This document shows, one piece after another, positions 1 through 12,835 of a stretch of 64,000 nt of DNA. This DNA is from Leucobacter sp. (GTDB lineage Bacteria > Actinomycetota > Actinomycetes > Actinomycetales > Microbacteriaceae): the NCBI GenBank assembly GCA_052090925.1, contig JBQDBM010000012.1, positions 6,679-70,678 of the forward strand, given 5' to 3'. Position 1 is the stretch's first letter, and every line of letters starts with the position of its first letter. The notes beneath the pieces are model-generated. The model searched no databases and was not told the DNA's origin. It saw only the letters and a list, made by a program, of their open reading frames with translations. Made by a program: the position numbers and the translations under genes.

Positions 1-198
1 TACGTCTACAGCTTTGCTGGGATCTTCCCCGCGGATGACCCTCAGTATGTCGCAGTAGCATCTATTGGGTTCCCAACCGCAGGTGATGGTGGCGCAGCAG
101 CTCGAAGCGCAGTGAAAGAAGCGGCCGAGGCTACGATTCGCGCTTTCCATATCGAGCCGTCAAGTGGGAAATACGAACCGCTCCCCATCAAGTACTAA
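1..198 (+). CDS. Class B penicillin-binding protein (FtsI/PbpB-like transpeptidase), last 65 codons; the 5' part lies outside the window
   Basis: Frame +1 is open from base 1 to TAA at 196-198 (YVYSFAGIFPADDPQYVAVASIGFP...EPLPIKY*). It is absent from the ORF track because it has no start in the window. It lies directly upstream of murE, as ftsI does in dcw clusters. The call rests on position plus a short tail. Confidence 0.55.
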   Translation, partial: YVYSFAGIFPADDPQYVAVASIGFPTAGDGGAAARSAVKEAAEATIRAFHIEPSSGKYEPLPIKY

Positions 199-226
199 CC
201 GTGTGACTGTCGTAGGAGGCAGAGCA

Positions 227-1770
227 GTGAGCAGCGACCAGCCGGCGACGATTCGTCCACGTCAACCACAACATACCCCTCTTGCTAATCTCGCAAGAAG
301 GTTCGATCTCGCTGTGCGCGGGGAGGTCGAAGGGGTGAATGTCACCGGGATCTCGATTGACTCACGGGATGTTCAGATGGGAGACCTCTACGTCGGTGTG
401 CCAGGTGCTCGCGCACATGGTGCAGGCTTTGCCGCGCAGGCGGTAGCTCGGGGTGCTGCCGCGGTACTCACGGACGAAGACGGTGCGTCATTGGCTGCCG
501 AAGCCGGAGTACCGCTGCTCATCAGTGAAATTCATCCCCGGGAGCTGCTGGGAGAGGTTTCGGCGGCAATCTATAGCACCGGGGACCTGGATGCGCTCGT
601 CTTCGGAGTGACAGGCACGAACGGAAAAACAAGTGTCATCTACGTCTTGGCTGAGCTGATGCGTGCGGCGGGGCTCACCCCCGGTCTGAGTTCGACGGCT
701 GAGCGACGCATTGGTGACGAAGTGATCGTTTCAAGCCTCACCAGCCCGGAGGCCTCGGAGCTGCACGGGCTTCTCGCACGCATGAGCGAACGAGGAGTGC
801 AAGCGATTGCACTCGAGGTCTCGGCGCACGCGGTGGTACGACACCGGATCGATGGCGTGCGATTCAATGTGGTTGGCTTCAACAACCTCTCGCAGGATCA
901 CCTCGACGACTTCGGTGACATGGAGAACTATTTCGCCGCAAAGCGAGCGCTCTTTGCTCCGGAACACGCAGAGCGGGGAGTCGTCGTCGTTGACTCGCCG
1001 TACGGCAAACGAATGGCACGCGAGTCGCGGATCCCGGTCACCACACTCGCGACGGAGTACGGGCAGGAAGCAGACTGGTACCTGGCCGCCACCAGGCAAG
1101 ACCTTGATGGTGTCGGATTTGTGTTGCAGGGCCCGGAAGGCGCACACTTTCGCGGCAGCGTCCCCGTCTTCGGGCGCTTCACGGCGGAAAACGCCGCATT
1201 GGCACTCATCATGTTGCACGAGGCCGGAGTGAGCATTGAGCGGGTCGCAGCTGGGCTTACTCGTGGACAGATCCCTGTCTACATTCCCGGTCGGCTGGAG
1301 GAAATCTCCAAAGGCGGGCAGGGTCCAAGGTTCTTCGTTGATTATGGGCACACTCCTGGCAGCTTCATTGCCATGCTCGACGCGCTGGGCGAGGTAGCCC
1401 CGGGACGCATCATCTTTATGTTTGGTGCGGACGGTGACCGCGATTCGACGAAGCGGGAAGAGATGGGCAGGATCGCTGGCGCAGGCTCAGACATCGTGTT
1501 GATCTGCGACTACCATCCGCGCACCGAGGATCCGGCTCAGATTCGGGCACAGCTTCTTGCAGGCGCCCGCTCCGCGGCGCACGCCGAAGTCTTTGAGGTG
1601 CCAGACCCGCGTGAAGCCGTGAGGCGAGCTATTTCGCTCGCTCGCCCGGAAGACGTTATCCTGTATGCCGGTCCCGGTCATGAGGATCATCAAGAAGTTG
1701 CCGGCGAGTTTCACCCGTACTCGGCACGTGACGAGGTACGCGGTGCACTCCGCGAGGCAGGATTCCTTCA

Positions 1771-1774
<4 letters not shown>
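227..1774 (+). CDS. murE: UDP-N-acetylmuramoyl-L-alanyl-D-glutamate--(diamino acid) ligase MurE
   Basis: ORF 164-1774. Mur ligase P-loop [11 protein letters not shown] and DYGHTPGS are present. AGGAGG at 214-219 lies 7 nt before the in-frame GTG at 227, which is the preferred start. GTG 164 is possible but overlaps the ftsI tail. Confidence 0.92.
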
Positions 1775-3176
<1,402 letters not shown>

Positions 3177-3180
<4 letters not shown>

Positions 3181-4262
3181 TAGCGCTACTTATCGCGGGT
3201 GGACTCTCAATGCTCTATTCCCTCCTCCTCACGCCGCTGTTTATCCGTGGCTTCCACAAGCTGCAGTGGGGACAGTTCATTCGTGAGGACGGACCGCAAT
3301 CGCACCTGTCCAGGCGAGGCACGCCAACCATGGGTGGCATCATTTTCCTGTCGGGCACGGTGCTGTCGTACTTCATCGCCAAGCTGGCGATGGGGGAGGT
3401 GCCGTCTGTTTCAGCCATGCTGGTGCTGTTGCTCGCTGTCGGGTGTGGCCTCATCGGGTTCATTGATGACTATCTGAAGGTCCGAAAGCAGCAGTCTCTC
3501 GGACTGGGCGGCTGGTCAAAGATTGCCGGCACGGTAGGTATCTCGGTGCTGTTTGGTGTGCTGGCCCTCCAGTTTCCAAGTAATGATGGCCTTACCCCTG
3601 CCTCTACCAGCATCTCGCTCTTTCGTGACCTCCCTGTCGACCTCTTGGCGGCCGGCACTGTGGTGGGCATCGCGCTGTTCTTGATCTGGGTCACGGCAAT
3701 CGTGACGTCGGCAACGAACGGTGTCAATCTCACTGATGGTCTCGACGGACTGGCCGGTGGCGCGTCGATCCTGGTGTTCAGCGCCTATCTGATCATTGGT
3801 TTCTGGCAGTCGTCTCAGCGGTGTCTCGAGAATGTCATGAACGCTGGCTGCTACATGGTGCGTGACCCCATGGATCTTGCGGTCGTCTCGGCAGCCTTTG
3901 TTGGGGGGCTCATCGGGTTTCTGTGGTGGAACACTAGTCCCGCACATATCTTCATGGGCGACACCGGGTCATTCGGTTTGGGCGGCGCAATCGCCGCACT
4001 CGCGATCCTCAGCCGCACCGAGCTGCTCCTTGTACTGCTGGGAGGACTCTTCATCATTGAGGTTGGCTCCGTCATCGTGCAGCGCGCCTACTTCAAGATC
4101 ACGAAGGGAAAGCGCATTTTCTTGATGAGCCCGATCCACCACCACTTTGAGCTCAAAGGTTGGGCCGAGACCACCGTCGTGGTGAGATTCTGGATCATTG
4201 CCGGCGTATTTGTGATGGCGGGCGTGGGGCTCTTCTATGCCGAGTGGGTGCTCCAACAGTGA
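3177..4262 (+). CDS. mraY: Phospho-N-acetylmuramoyl-pentapeptide transferase MraY
   Basis: 361-aa polytopic membrane ORF with [30 protein letters not shown] and PIHHHFE motifs. Its ATGA start overlaps the murF stop. Confidence 0.95.
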
Positions 4263-5779
4263 GCGCCAACTCCCCACAGCGAGACCGTGTGCTGGCGCTC
4301 ACGAGTTGGCACCACGATTGGACGGGGCTCCGGGTTGCGGTGCTCGGCCTTGGAGTCACCGGTTTTTCGGTCGCCGACACCCTCGTCGAGCTCGGGGCTC
4401 GGGTCCGCGTCATCTATGGCACTCCGGATCCGGACCGCGAGCGGCTGCTCGACGTCATCGGATCCGAACGGGCCTGCCTCGCGGCCGACGCTGCGCAGTT
4501 GGCCGACCTGGCCGAGTTTTCCCCGGACCTTGTTGTGGTGTCTCCTGGCTACCGCCCCGACCACCCGTTGACCACATGGGCACAGGAGTACGGTGTGCCG
4601 GTGTGGGGAGATATCGAGCTGGGCTGGCGCCTCCGTGATAAAACGACTCGGATTGCGGACTGGATCTGCGTGACGGGGACGAACGGGAAAACCACCACCT
4701 CCCAGCTCACCGCACACATGCTGGTTGCTGGTGGACAGCGAGCGATACCCGCGGGAAATATCGGCACACCCATTCTCGATGCGTTGCGTGATCCACAAGG
4801 CTATGACGTGATCGTTGTGGAGCTCTCGAGCTTTCAGCTTGAACGGCTCGGGGAGATCTCGCCCTACGCCAGTGCGTGCTTGAACATTGCTGACGACCAC
4901 CTCGACTGGCACGGGGATGCCGCGGCGTACCGCGCAGCGAAAGCTAAAGTCTATGAGAATGTGCAGGTCGCCTGCGTCTACAACCGCGCTGATGAGGTCA
5001 CGCTGCAGCTCGTAGAAGGAGCTGACGTGGTTGAGGGTGCACGTGCGGTCAGTTTCGGGCTGGATGTGCCTCCTCCGAGCGGTCTCGGCATCGTTGAGGG
5101 GATCCTCGTTGATCGCGGGTTCCATGCTGAACGGCGTGACACTGCACTTGAACTGACCTCCATCGAGGAACTCGCAGAGCGAGATCTGGCGGCGCCTCAC
5201 ATGGTGCAGAACGTGCTTGCGGCTGCCGCACTCGCGAGGTCTCGCGGCATAGAGCCCGCAGAGATTGCAACCGCGGTGCTCAGCTTCAGCCCCGACCCAC
5301 ACCGCGCTCAGCGGCTCGGGGTCGTGGATGGTGTGGCGTGGGTTGATGATTCGAAGGCCACCAATGCGCACGCTGCTGATGCGTCACTCCGTGCGCTCGA
5401 CTCCGTCATCTGGATTGTCGGAGGGCTCTTAAAAGGTGTGGACATCGATGATCTCGTGCGCACCCACGCACCCCGGCTCAAAGCTGCGGTTGTTATCGGT
5501 GTTGACCGCAGCGCGGTGATCCAGGCTCTCAGCAGACACGCACCTGAGCTTCCACGCATTGAGGTTGATCACGTGGAAACTGGAGACACGATGACTGAGG
5601 CGGTGCATGCCGCGGTGTCGCTCGCGATCGCGGGAGACACCGTGCTCCTTTCACCGGCCGCAGCTTCGATGGACCAGTTTGCAGACTACGGAGACCGCGG
5701 CCGACGCTTTCAATCGGCAGTGGGCGCATTAAGCGGAGGTGGATCGGGTGAATCGACCGGCGGAGCCGCGCCGCGATAG
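4259..5779 (+). CDS. murD: UDP-N-acetylmuramoylalanine--D-glutamate ligase MurD
   Basis: ORF 4160-5779. The in-frame GTG at 4259 overlaps the mraY stop (GTGA). P-loop [11 protein letters not shown] is present, with a Rossmann-like N-terminus [10 protein letters not shown]. Confidence 0.92.
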   Translation: MSANSPQRDRVLALTSWHHDWTGLRVAVLGLGVTGFSVADTLVELGARVRVIYGTPDPDRERLLDVIGSERACLAADAAQLADLAEFSPDLVVVSPGYRPDHPLTTWAQEYGVPVWGDIELGWRLRDKTTRIADWICVTGTNGKTTTSQLTAHMLVAGGQRAIPAGNIGTPILDALRDPQGYDVIVVELSSFQLERLGEISPYASACLNIADDHLDWHGDAAAYRAAKAKVYENVQVACVYNRADEVTLQLVEGADVVEGARAVSFGLDVPPPSGLGIVEGILVDRGFHAERRDTALELTSIEELAERDLAAPHMVQNVLAAAALARSRGIEPAEIATAVLSFSPDPHRAQRLGVVDGVAWVDDSKATNAHAADASLRALDSVIWIVGGLLKGVDIDDLVRTHAPRLKAAVVIGVDRSAVIQALSRHAPELPRIEVDHVETGDTMTEAVHAAVSLAIAGDTVLLSPAAASMDQFADYGDRGRRFQSAVGALSGGGSGESTGGAAPR

Positions 5780-6956
5780 ACCGGAGAGCCCCGGTGTCTC
5801 GCGAATTAGGCTCGGTAACGGTCTACGCGCGGGTACAGACCGGACGGTCGTGCTCATTTACGCTCTCACCATTTTGCTCGTGGGAATCGGGCTCATTATG
5901 GTGCTGTCGTCGTCCTCGGTGACGTCGTACCTCGCGAACCAAGGGTTTTTTGGTGGCTTCTGGAGTCAGGCAACCTATGCTCTCATCGGGTTCCCGTTAA
6001 TGCTGCTCTCGGCTGCCATGCCAGTTTCATTTTGGAAGCGATGGGCGTGGTGGCTCCTCGGCCTCGGAATCGGTTTGCAGCTGCTCGTGTTTACCCCCTT
6101 GGGGGTGTCCGTCTACGGAAACAGAAACTGGATTCAGATCGGTGAGAGCTTCAGCGCACAGCCATCTGAGCCACTCAAGCTTGCACTCATTGTGTGGATC
6201 GGTACCGTGTTGCTGCGCAAAGAGAAGTTGCTGAGCAGCATGAAGCACGAACTGATTCCTGTCATATTTCCCGGTGCTGTGGTGGCACTGGGGCTTGTGC
6301 TGCTTGGACGTGACCTCGGCACCACACTCATTATGGGCGCCGCCGTCATCGGCGCGATGTATTTCGGGGGAGTCAGTATGCGCTCCCTCGCGACCGTCGC
6401 GGCGGGCGCTCTCATGGCCACGATTTTCTTCATCGTGACGAGCCCGAACCGACTCGCGCGAATCTTCGCAGGCGGTGATGACTACAGCGGACTCGACTGG
6501 CAACCGCTCCACGGGCTGTGGGCACTCGCGGGCGGTGGGCTATTCGGAGTAGGACTGGGAGGGTCTAAAGCGAAGTGGTCATGGCTGCCCGCGGCAGAGG
6601 ACGACTACATTTTCGCCATTATTGGTGAAGAGCTCGGGTTCATTGGTGCGCTGCTCATCATCGCGCTTTTTGTGCTGCTCGCTATCGCCATGCTTCGAGT
6701 GATTTCACACGCCCGAGATCGGTTTGGAAAAGCAGTGGTCGGCGGAATTATGGTGTGGATCGTCGGGCAAGCCTTTGTGAACATTGGTGTGGTGATCGGT
6801 CTCTTCCCAGTGCTTGGTGTCCCGCTTCCGTTGATCAGTGCCGGCGGAACCGCGCTCATCGCCTGTTTAACTGGCGTCGGGGTGGTAATTTCAGTGGCAC
6901 GAGATGGTGTCCAGTATCAGGAGGAGCTCGCAGCCGCGGGTGAAAGGACCAGATGA
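5739..6956 (+). CDS. ftsW: SEDS-family peptidoglycan glycosyltransferase FtsW
   Basis: 405-aa multi-TM ORF with the EDDYIFAIIGEELGFIGA and PLPLISAGGT motifs typical of FtsW/RodA. The start is GTG 5739 (or GTG 5748) and overlaps the murD 3' end. Confidence 0.9.
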   Translation: MDRVNRPAEPRRDRPESPGVSRIRLGNGLRAGTDRTVVLIYALTILLVGIGLIMVLSSSSVTSYLANQGFFGGFWSQATYALIGFPLMLLSAAMPVSFWKRWAWWLLGLGIGLQLLVFTPLGVSVYGNRNWIQIGESFSAQPSEPLKLALIVWIGTVLLRKEKLLSSMKHELIPVIFPGAVVALGLVLLGRDLGTTLIMGAAVIGAMYFGGVSMRSLATVAAGALMATIFFIVTSPNRLARIFAGGDDYSGLDWQPLHGLWALAGGGLFGVGLGGSKAKWSWLPAAEDDYIFAIIGEELGFIGALLIIALFVLLAIAMLRVISHARDRFGKAVVGGIMVWIVGQAFVNIGVVIGLFPVLGVPLPLISAGGTALIACLTGVGVVISVARDGVQYQEELAAAGERTR

Positions 6957-8029
6957 CCACGTACTTACTCGCTGGAGGCGGGACAGCGGGACATGTGAAT
7001 CCGTTGCTCGCCGTAGCGGACCTCATCCGCGATCGTGAACCTGACGCAACGGTCTTGGTGCTCGGTACACGGGAGGGGCTCGAAGCCCGCCTGGTGCCGG
7101 AACGCGGCTACGAACTTGAGACGATCGAGCGACTACCGTTCCCGCGTCGCCCGAATCTTGCGGCACTACGCTTTCCCACTCGTTTCATACGGGCGGTTCA
7201 CCAGGTGCGGTCACTGATTCGCGACCGTGGTGTTGATGTGGTGGTGGGGTTCGGTGGGTATGCCGCTGCTCCTGCATACCGTGCGGGATACAAGGAGCGT
7301 GTGCCCGTCGTGATTCACGAAGCAAATGCAGTTCCCGGCCTGGCGAACAAGCTTGGTGCTCGTAACTCTCGATACGTGGGAGTAACCTTTGCCGGGACGC
7401 CCATCCGCGGTGCGCAGGTAACGGGAATGCCGCTCCGCCCCGAGATTACGGGCCTTGACCGGGAGGCCGTCAGGGCGGAAGCTCGGGTGCACTTTGGCCT
7501 TGATCCTGATCGAACGACCCTGTTGGTGACCGGCGGATCGCTGGGAGCGCGCGCAATCAATCAGGGCATCTCTGGGTCTGCTCGCGAGATTGTTGATGCG
7601 GGTACCCAGGTGCTGCACGTGTGGGGTGGGCTCACAGAACTTGTCGACCCAGGGGTGCAGGGATACCGGGTAATTCCGTATTGTGACCGCATGGATTTGG
7701 CCTTTGCCGCCTGTGACCTTGCAGTGTCGCGTGCAGGTTCAACGACAGTGAGTGAGCTCGCAGGGCTCGGCGTCCCAGCGGTACTTGTCCCGTACAGCGT
7801 GGGTAACGGCGAGCAACGAGTCAATGCCGCGGGTGTTACAGGGGCTGGCGGTGCGCTCCTCGTGGAGGATGAGCAGCTTAACCCGGACTGGGTGCGCGGC
7901 ACTCTCATCCCGTTGTTGCAAGATCCTGACCGACTGGCCGACATGTCACTGCGCGCTCGGAGTGCCGGCACCCTCGACGGCACGGAACGGTTGCTTGACC
8001 TTGTACACGAGGCGCTGGCAGAACGTTAA
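6953..8029 (+). CDS. murG: UDP-N-acetylglucosamine--N-acetylmuramyl-(pentapeptide) pyrophosphoryl-undecaprenol GlcNAc transferase MurG
   Basis: 358-aa ORF with N-terminal GGGTAGHVNP and the C-terminal AGSTTVSELAGLGVPAVLVP motif. Its ATGA start overlaps the ftsW stop. Confidence 0.93.
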   Translation: MTTYLLAGGGTAGHVNPLLAVADLIRDREPDATVLVLGTREGLEARLVPERGYELETIERLPFPRRPNLAALRFPTRFIRAVHQVRSLIRDRGVDVVVGFGGYAAAPAYRAGYKERVPVVIHEANAVPGLANKLGARNSRYVGVTFAGTPIRGAQVTGMPLRPEITGLDREAVRAEARVHFGLDPDRTTLLVTGGSLGARAINQGISGSAREIVDAGTQVLHVWGGLTELVDPGVQGYRVIPYCDRMDLAFAACDLAVSRAGSTTVSELAGLGVPAVLVPYSVGNGEQRVNAAGVTGAGGALLVEDEQLNPDWVRGTLIPLLQDPDRLADMSLRARSAGTLDGTERLLDLVHEALAER

Positions 8030-8112
8030 AGAGTGAAGCTGCCGCGCCGTGACTCGTCCGCGCAGGATCAAGCGCTAAACTTTGCTCGGCATGACTCAGG
8101 AGGAACGCACAT

Positions 8113-9534
8113 ATGATCTACCCTGACCTCGAGATGGAGATCCCGGAGGCGCTCGGACGCGTGCACTTCGTTGGGGTCGGCGGTGCAGGCATGAGTGGAA
8201 TCGCTCGCATGATGCACCAGGCGGGTGTGCCGGTGACCGGATCCGATCGCAGCGCAAACTACTCGACTGCGGCGCTTGAGTCGCTCGGGATCCCCGTCGC
8301 TATTGGACACGACAGTGCGAATGTTGGGGACGCCGATACGCTCGTCGTAACCGGTGCACTCTGGCAAGATAACCCTGAGTATCAGCTCGCGCTCTCGACC
8401 GGGGTGCCGGTGCTGCATCGCTCGCAGGCGCTTGCCTGGCTATCGCGAGGCAAACATGTGGTTTCTGTCGCGGGCGCGCACGGGAAGACCACCTCGACCG
8501 GCCTCATTGTGACCGGACTGCTGGGGGCCGGAGCGGACCCTTCGTTTGTGAACGGCGGAATCATCGAAACGCTCGGAGTGAGCTCCGCGCCCGGGGTGGA
8601 TAACCTCTTTGTCATTGAAGCCGACGAGTCCGATGGCTCGTTTTTGCTCTATGACACCGCGATCGCTTTGATTACGAATGTGGACCCTGAGCACCTCGAC
8701 TTCTACGGCTCGCGCGACGCATTCATGCAGGCATTTGTGGACTTTGCGCGTGGCGCACGCGAACAAGTCGTGATCTCTGCTGACGATCCCGGTGCGCTCG
8801 AGGTGCTCGAGGCACTGCGCGCGGAGGGGGAACACCCGCCCATCCGAACGTTCGGTGAGGCCGAGGGGTCAGATGTGCGCATCATCTCCGTTGATGACTC
8901 CGGTCCTGTACGATTCACTGTCGAGGTCGATGGTGTGCAGCACGACGCGCAGTTGTCCGTATACGGGAGATACAACGCGGTGAACGCAGTTGGTGCACTC
9001 GCAGTGCTGACCGGGCTTGGGTTTGAACCTGCAGCCGGGCTCGAGGCCATCGCTGGTTTTGGTGGGACAAAGCGCAGGTTTGAATTCCACGCCGAGGTCG
9101 CAGGGGTGCGGGTCTACGACGATTATGCCCACCATCCCACCGAAGTTGACGCACTTCTCGAAGCGGCACGCGCCGTGGTGGGCGAGGGGCGCCTCATTGC
9201 TGTGCACCAACCGCACTTATACAGCCGAACGAGTCTTTTCCACCGAGAGTTTGCAGAGACGCTCGAAGCTCGGGCAGACCACACAGTGGTGCTCGCAGTT
9301 GATGGAGCGCGGGAAGACCCGGTACCGGGTGTTACTGGAGCGCTCGTTGCGAATGACTTCAAGGATCCGGCGCGTGTGGTTTACATCGACGAATGGCAGC
9401 GTGCGGCGGATTACCTCGCAGAGATTGCACGCCCTGGGGACGTCATGATCACCATGAGCTGTGGCACCGTGTACCAGATCATCCCGCAAGTGGTTGCTTC
9501 CCTCGAAGCACGTTTTGAGTCCGAGAAACAGTGA
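8113..9534 (+). CDS. murC: UDP-N-acetylmuramate--L-alanine ligase MurC
   Basis: 473-aa ORF with [15 protein letters not shown] and P-loop [15 protein letters not shown] lies 8 nt upstream of the ATG. Confidence 0.93.
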   Translation: MIYPDLEMEIPEALGRVHFVGVGGAGMSGIARMMHQAGVPVTGSDRSANYSTAALESLGIPVAIGHDSANVGDADTLVVTGALWQDNPEYQLALSTGVPVLHRSQALAWLSRGKHVVSVAGAHGKTTSTGLIVTGLLGAGADPSFVNGGIIETLGVSSAPGVDNLFVIEADESDGSFLLYDTAIALITNVDPEHLDFYGSRDAFMQAFVDFARGAREQVVISADDPGALEVLEALRAEGEHPPIRTFGEAEGSDVRIISVDDSGPVRFTVEVDGVQHDAQLSVYGRYNAVNAVGALAVLTGLGFEPAAGLEAIAGFGGTKRRFEFHAEVAGVRVYDDYAHHPTEVDALLEAARAVVGEGRLIAVHQPHLYSRTSLFHREFAETLEARADHTVVLAVDGAREDPVPGVTGALVANDFKDPARVVYIDEWQRAADYLAEIARPGDVMITMSCGTVYQIIPQVVASLEARFESEKQ

Positions 9535-10766
9535 AGCGACCTGGGGGGTTCGACCGGCGAGCAGAGCCTCCGCGGCGAGGCGGATCGCAGAGGCGCGCGA
9601 AACGAGATGTCGCGGAGCCACGCCCGCAAACTGGCCGTCAGGCGCCAGACTCGGGTTCCACGGAGACCACGAGTGACGGCCCCACACGGGCCTCAGTGTT
9701 CGATCGGTTACTGAAGCGAACCCGGAGGGCTTCGGCCGTGTCTAAGACAGCGGAGGTAGCTGAGACTCCTGCGGGGCCTGAGGCATCAGAGGTGCGTGGG
9801 GCAAGCGGCACTGAGGTTGGCACTGAGGTTGGCACTGAGACTGGAGTGGAGGCTGCGGCCGAGCCCGATGACACGACTTCAGAAACCGAGGATGCGCTCG
9901 CGCCCACGGTGGACCTCAGTGAGGTGCGTGCAAAGAAGCAAAGCGGCGTGATCTTTTCTGGGGTGCTTGCCAGACGCGAGGAGCGCGAGCCCGACGGGGT
10001 GAAGCAGGCGGCACAGCAGCTGCGTGTAGCCGGGAAGCGTCGCAGAACTCGTGAGCGCCGTGAAGAACGCAGATTTCTCGCGCCTGCACGCAGGCGGAGG
10101 CACATCTGGCTGGCGTCACTTGGCGCAGTAGCCGCGTTGGCGCTATTTGTCGGGGTCGGAGTACTGACACCTCTCATGGCGGTCGACCGGATTCAGCTCG
10201 AGGGTGCATCGGCCGTTGACACGGTTGCCGTCACGGATGCGCTCGCGCGACTCGAGGGAGTTCCGCTCGCACTCGTCGACGATGCTGAAGTGCACACGGC
10301 TCTTGAACCGTTTCCGCTGATCCAGCGGTACGCGATCGAACGCATTCCACCGAGCACGCTCCTCGTGAGAATTGAGGAGCGAGTCCCCGTTGTCGCTCTT
10401 GAACGCGACGAACATGTCGATCTGTATGATCCCGCCGGAGTGCTGGTCGGTCGAGCAGACGAACGGCCCGAAGGCGTGCCGATGGGGGAGGGGAGCGTGA
10501 CCAATGTGACATCCGAAGCCTTTCGTTCGTCCGCTGAAGTGCTCAGGGATATTCCGGGTGCGCTGCGCAAACAAGTAGGGAGCGTGACGGCGACGAGTGG
10601 GCAGGATGTGACGTTTCATCTGGTAAACGGGGTTGAAGTGCTCTGGGGGGAGGCGACACAGACGCAGCGGAAAGCACTGGTGTTGGCCTCAATGATTGAC
10701 GCGCTTGAGGATCAGGCGGTGTCCATGATCGATGTTTCATCGACCCAGGCGCCTGTATTCAAGTAA
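9531..10766 (+). CDS. ftsQ: Cell division protein FtsQ, with a long disordered N-terminal extension
   Basis: 411-aa ORF. A basic/acidic low-complexity N-terminus of about 190 aa is followed by a single TM ([21 protein letters not shown]) and a POTRA-like region ([13 protein letters not shown]...). Position between murC and ftsZ fits, and its GTGA start overlaps the murC stop. Confidence 0.8.
   Translation: MKRPGGFDRRAEPPRRGGSQRRAKRDVAEPRPQTGRQAPDSGSTETTSDGPTRASVFDRLLKRTRRASAVSKTAEVAETPAGPEASEVRGASGTEVGTEVGTETGVEAAAEPDDTTSETEDALAPTVDLSEVRAKKQSGVIFSGVLARREEREPDGVKQAAQQLRVAGKRRRTRERREERRFLAPARRRRHIWLASLGAVAALALFVGVGVLTPLMAVDRIQLEGASAVDTVAVTDALARLEGVPLALVDDAEVHTALEPFPLIQRYAIERIPPSTLLVRIEERVPVVALERDEHVDLYDPAGVLVGRADERPEGVPMGEGSVTNVTSEAFRSSAEVLRDIPGALRKQVGSVTATSGQDVTFHLVNGVEVLWGEATQTQRKALVLASMIDALEDQAVSMIDVSSTQAPVFK
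9807..9842 (+). repeat. In-frame 12-nt tandem repeat (about 3 copies) inside ftsQ
   Basis: ggcactgaggtt ggcactgaggtt ggcactgagact encodes [12 protein letters not shown] in the disordered N-terminus. Confidence 0.9.
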
Positions 10767-10908
10767 GACGTAGATTTCCTTCGCGACGCGCCGGAGTGTC
10801 TGCCAAGCTCGGTAAGGCACAGCACCTAGCTTTGAAACCAGTAAATGTATACGCGAATACTAACTTTTACCCTCAAGTAGAGGTTGAAAGTTGAGGCGGA
10901 GGGCCCAC

Positions 10909-12084
10909 GTGTCAACGAACCAGAACTACCTCGCAGTGATCAAGGTCGTCGGGGTCGGCGGCGGCGGGGTCAATGCTGTCAACCGGATGATCGAGCTCGG
11001 ATTGCGCAGCGTTGAATTTATCGCAGTCAATACCGATGCGCAGGCGTTGCTCTTGAGTGATGCTGATGTGAAGCTCGACGTCGGCCGCGAACTCACCCGC
11101 GGACTCGGTGCAGGCGCAGACCCAGAAGTTGGACGTCGAGCGGCTGAGGATCACGCGGAGGAGCTCGAGGAAGTACTCACTGGGGCGGACATGGTCTTCG
11201 TCACTGCGGGTGAGGGCGGCGGTACGGGTACCGGCGCTGCTCCCGTCGTGGCGCGCATTGCAAAGTCTGTCGGCGCACTCACCATCGGTGTTGTGACGCG
11301 GCCGTTTAGCTTTGAGGGCAAACGTCGTGCTGCGCAAGCCGACACAGGAATCAATGCGCTGCGCGAGGCAGTAGACACGCTGATCGTCGTACCCAACGAC
11401 CGCCTCCTGGAAATCTCTGAGCCAGGCATCAGCATGATCGAGGCGTTTGCTGCGGCCGACCAGGTACTGCTCGCAGGCGTGCAGGGGATCACCGATCTCA
11501 TTACCACGCCCGGACTGATCAACCTTGACTTTGCCGATGTGAAATCTGTGATGCAGGGGGCTGGGTCTGCACTCATGGGCATCGGATCGGCGCGCGGCGC
11601 CGATCGGGCAATCAAAGCGGCGGAACTTGCGGTCGCATCGCCGCTGCTTGAGGCATCAATCGAGGGCGCACACGGCGTCTTGCTGTCGATTCAGGGTTCA
11701 TCGAACCTTGCGTTGAGCGAGATTTATGAAGCCTCCTCACTCGTGCAAGACGTGGTGCACTCGGAAGCCAACATTATCTTTGGCACAGTGATTGACGACA
11801 CACTCGGTGACGAGGTGCGCGTGACCGTGATCGCCGCTGGGTTTGATCCTGATCAGGTGCAGTCCGCTACTCCGCTGTCCGAGCGCGGACGGCGTGGCAG
11901 CCACGTAGAAACCCTTGAAGAGGCGACCGGACGCCCAGGCGACACCGGAGCGGCACCTACTGAGGGGGAGACCGGAGAATTTGGCGCGGTTATTTCTAAC
12001 CCACCCGTCGAAGAACAACTCCCAGATCCTGCATTCGACGGCGACGATGATATCGACCTCGATATTCCTGAGTTCTTGAAGTAA
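10909..12084 (+). CDS. ftsZ: Cell division GTPase FtsZ
   Basis: ORF 10891-12084. The in-frame GTG at 10909 gives [20 protein letters not shown]. Tubulin signature [10 protein letters not shown] is present, with a C-terminal DIPEFLK peptide. Confidence 0.97.
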   Translation: MSTNQNYLAVIKVVGVGGGGVNAVNRMIELGLRSVEFIAVNTDAQALLLSDADVKLDVGRELTRGLGAGADPEVGRRAAEDHAEELEEVLTGADMVFVTAGEGGGTGTGAAPVVARIAKSVGALTIGVVTRPFSFEGKRRAAQADTGINALREAVDTLIVVPNDRLLEISEPGISMIEAFAAADQVLLAGVQGITDLITTPGLINLDFADVKSVMQGAGSALMGIGSARGADRAIKAAELAVASPLLEASIEGAHGVLLSIQGSSNLALSEIYEASSLVQDVVHSEANIIFGTVIDDTLGDEVRVTVIAAGFDPDQVQSATPLSERGRRGSHVETLEEATGRPGDTGAAPTEGETGEFGAVISNPPVEEQLPDPAFDGDDDIDLDIPEFLK

Positions 12085-12101
12085 CGAACAGGACAGAAGC
12101 A

Positions 12102-12806
12102 ATGTCGGAGACCCCAGACCTTGGGCTCGGCGAACGTCTTGCGAATATGCGTGAGCAGATCGCAACTGCGAGCCAGCTTGCGGGTCGTGACCCATCGGAG
12201 CTCACGCTCATCGTAGTGACCAAGTTCCATCCGGGTTCACTGATTCGCGGCCTGCACACACTCGGGGTGCGCGATGTGGGAGAGAATCGCCACCAAGAAG
12301 CGCAGGCGAAAGCACATGAACTCGCAGACCTTGACCTTAAATGGCACTTCGTAGGCCAGCTCCAAAGCAAAAAAGCCCGGCAGGTGGCGAGTTACGCGCA
12401 CACCATCCATTCGGTTGACCGCGCACGAGTGGTCGACCCCATTGATCGCCTCGCGGAAGAGGGCGGCCTCGCGTTCCCCGTCGATGCTTTTGTGCAGGTC
12501 AATATGACTGAGGATCCCGGACGCGGAGGAGTGGACCCCACTGAGCTCGAGGCACTTGCCGAACGCATTATTGAAGCTCCCTCGATGCGGCTCCGCGGAG
12601 TCATGGCCGTCGCGCCGCTGGAAGAGGAGCCGGCACGCGCATTTGCGAGACTCGCGACATACTCAGACCGGCTCCGCGCGCTTGATTCTGAGGCGTCCGC
12701 AATATCTGCTGGCATGACTCACGACTTCGCGGAGGCAATCGCTGCGGGCGCGACACACCTGCGTATTGGTAGCGCAATCACGGGCAAACGGCCCGACCCC
12801 CGTTAG
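12102..12806 (+). CDS. yggS: YggS/YlmE-family pyridoxal-phosphate-binding protein
   Basis: 234-aa ORF with the VTKF (PLP lysine), [19 protein letters not shown] and [10 protein letters not shown] motifs. It occupies the canonical position after ftsZ. Confidence 0.88.
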   Translation: MSETPDLGLGERLANMREQIATASQLAGRDPSELTLIVVTKFHPGSLIRGLHTLGVRDVGENRHQEAQAKAHELADLDLKWHFVGQLQSKKARQVASYAHTIHSVDRARVVDPIDRLAEEGGLAFPVDAFVQVNMTEDPGRGGVDPTELEALAERIIEAPSMRLRGVMAVAPLEEEPARAFARLATYSDRLRALDSEASAISAGMTHDFAEAIAAGATHLRIGSAITGKRPDPR

Positions 12807-12835
12807 TCTCGAAGTGCATCGGACCGTTGGGAGAG

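Noticed and set aside
9807-9842. Tandem repeats (here and at 51933-51956) as possible CRISPR or other array
   Set aside because: Each is 12-nt or 6-nt units in only 3-4 copies, with no spacers, lying in frame inside ftsQ and rpsA. They are simple coding microsatellites. No CRISPR-like repeat-spacer structure exists anywhere in the window.
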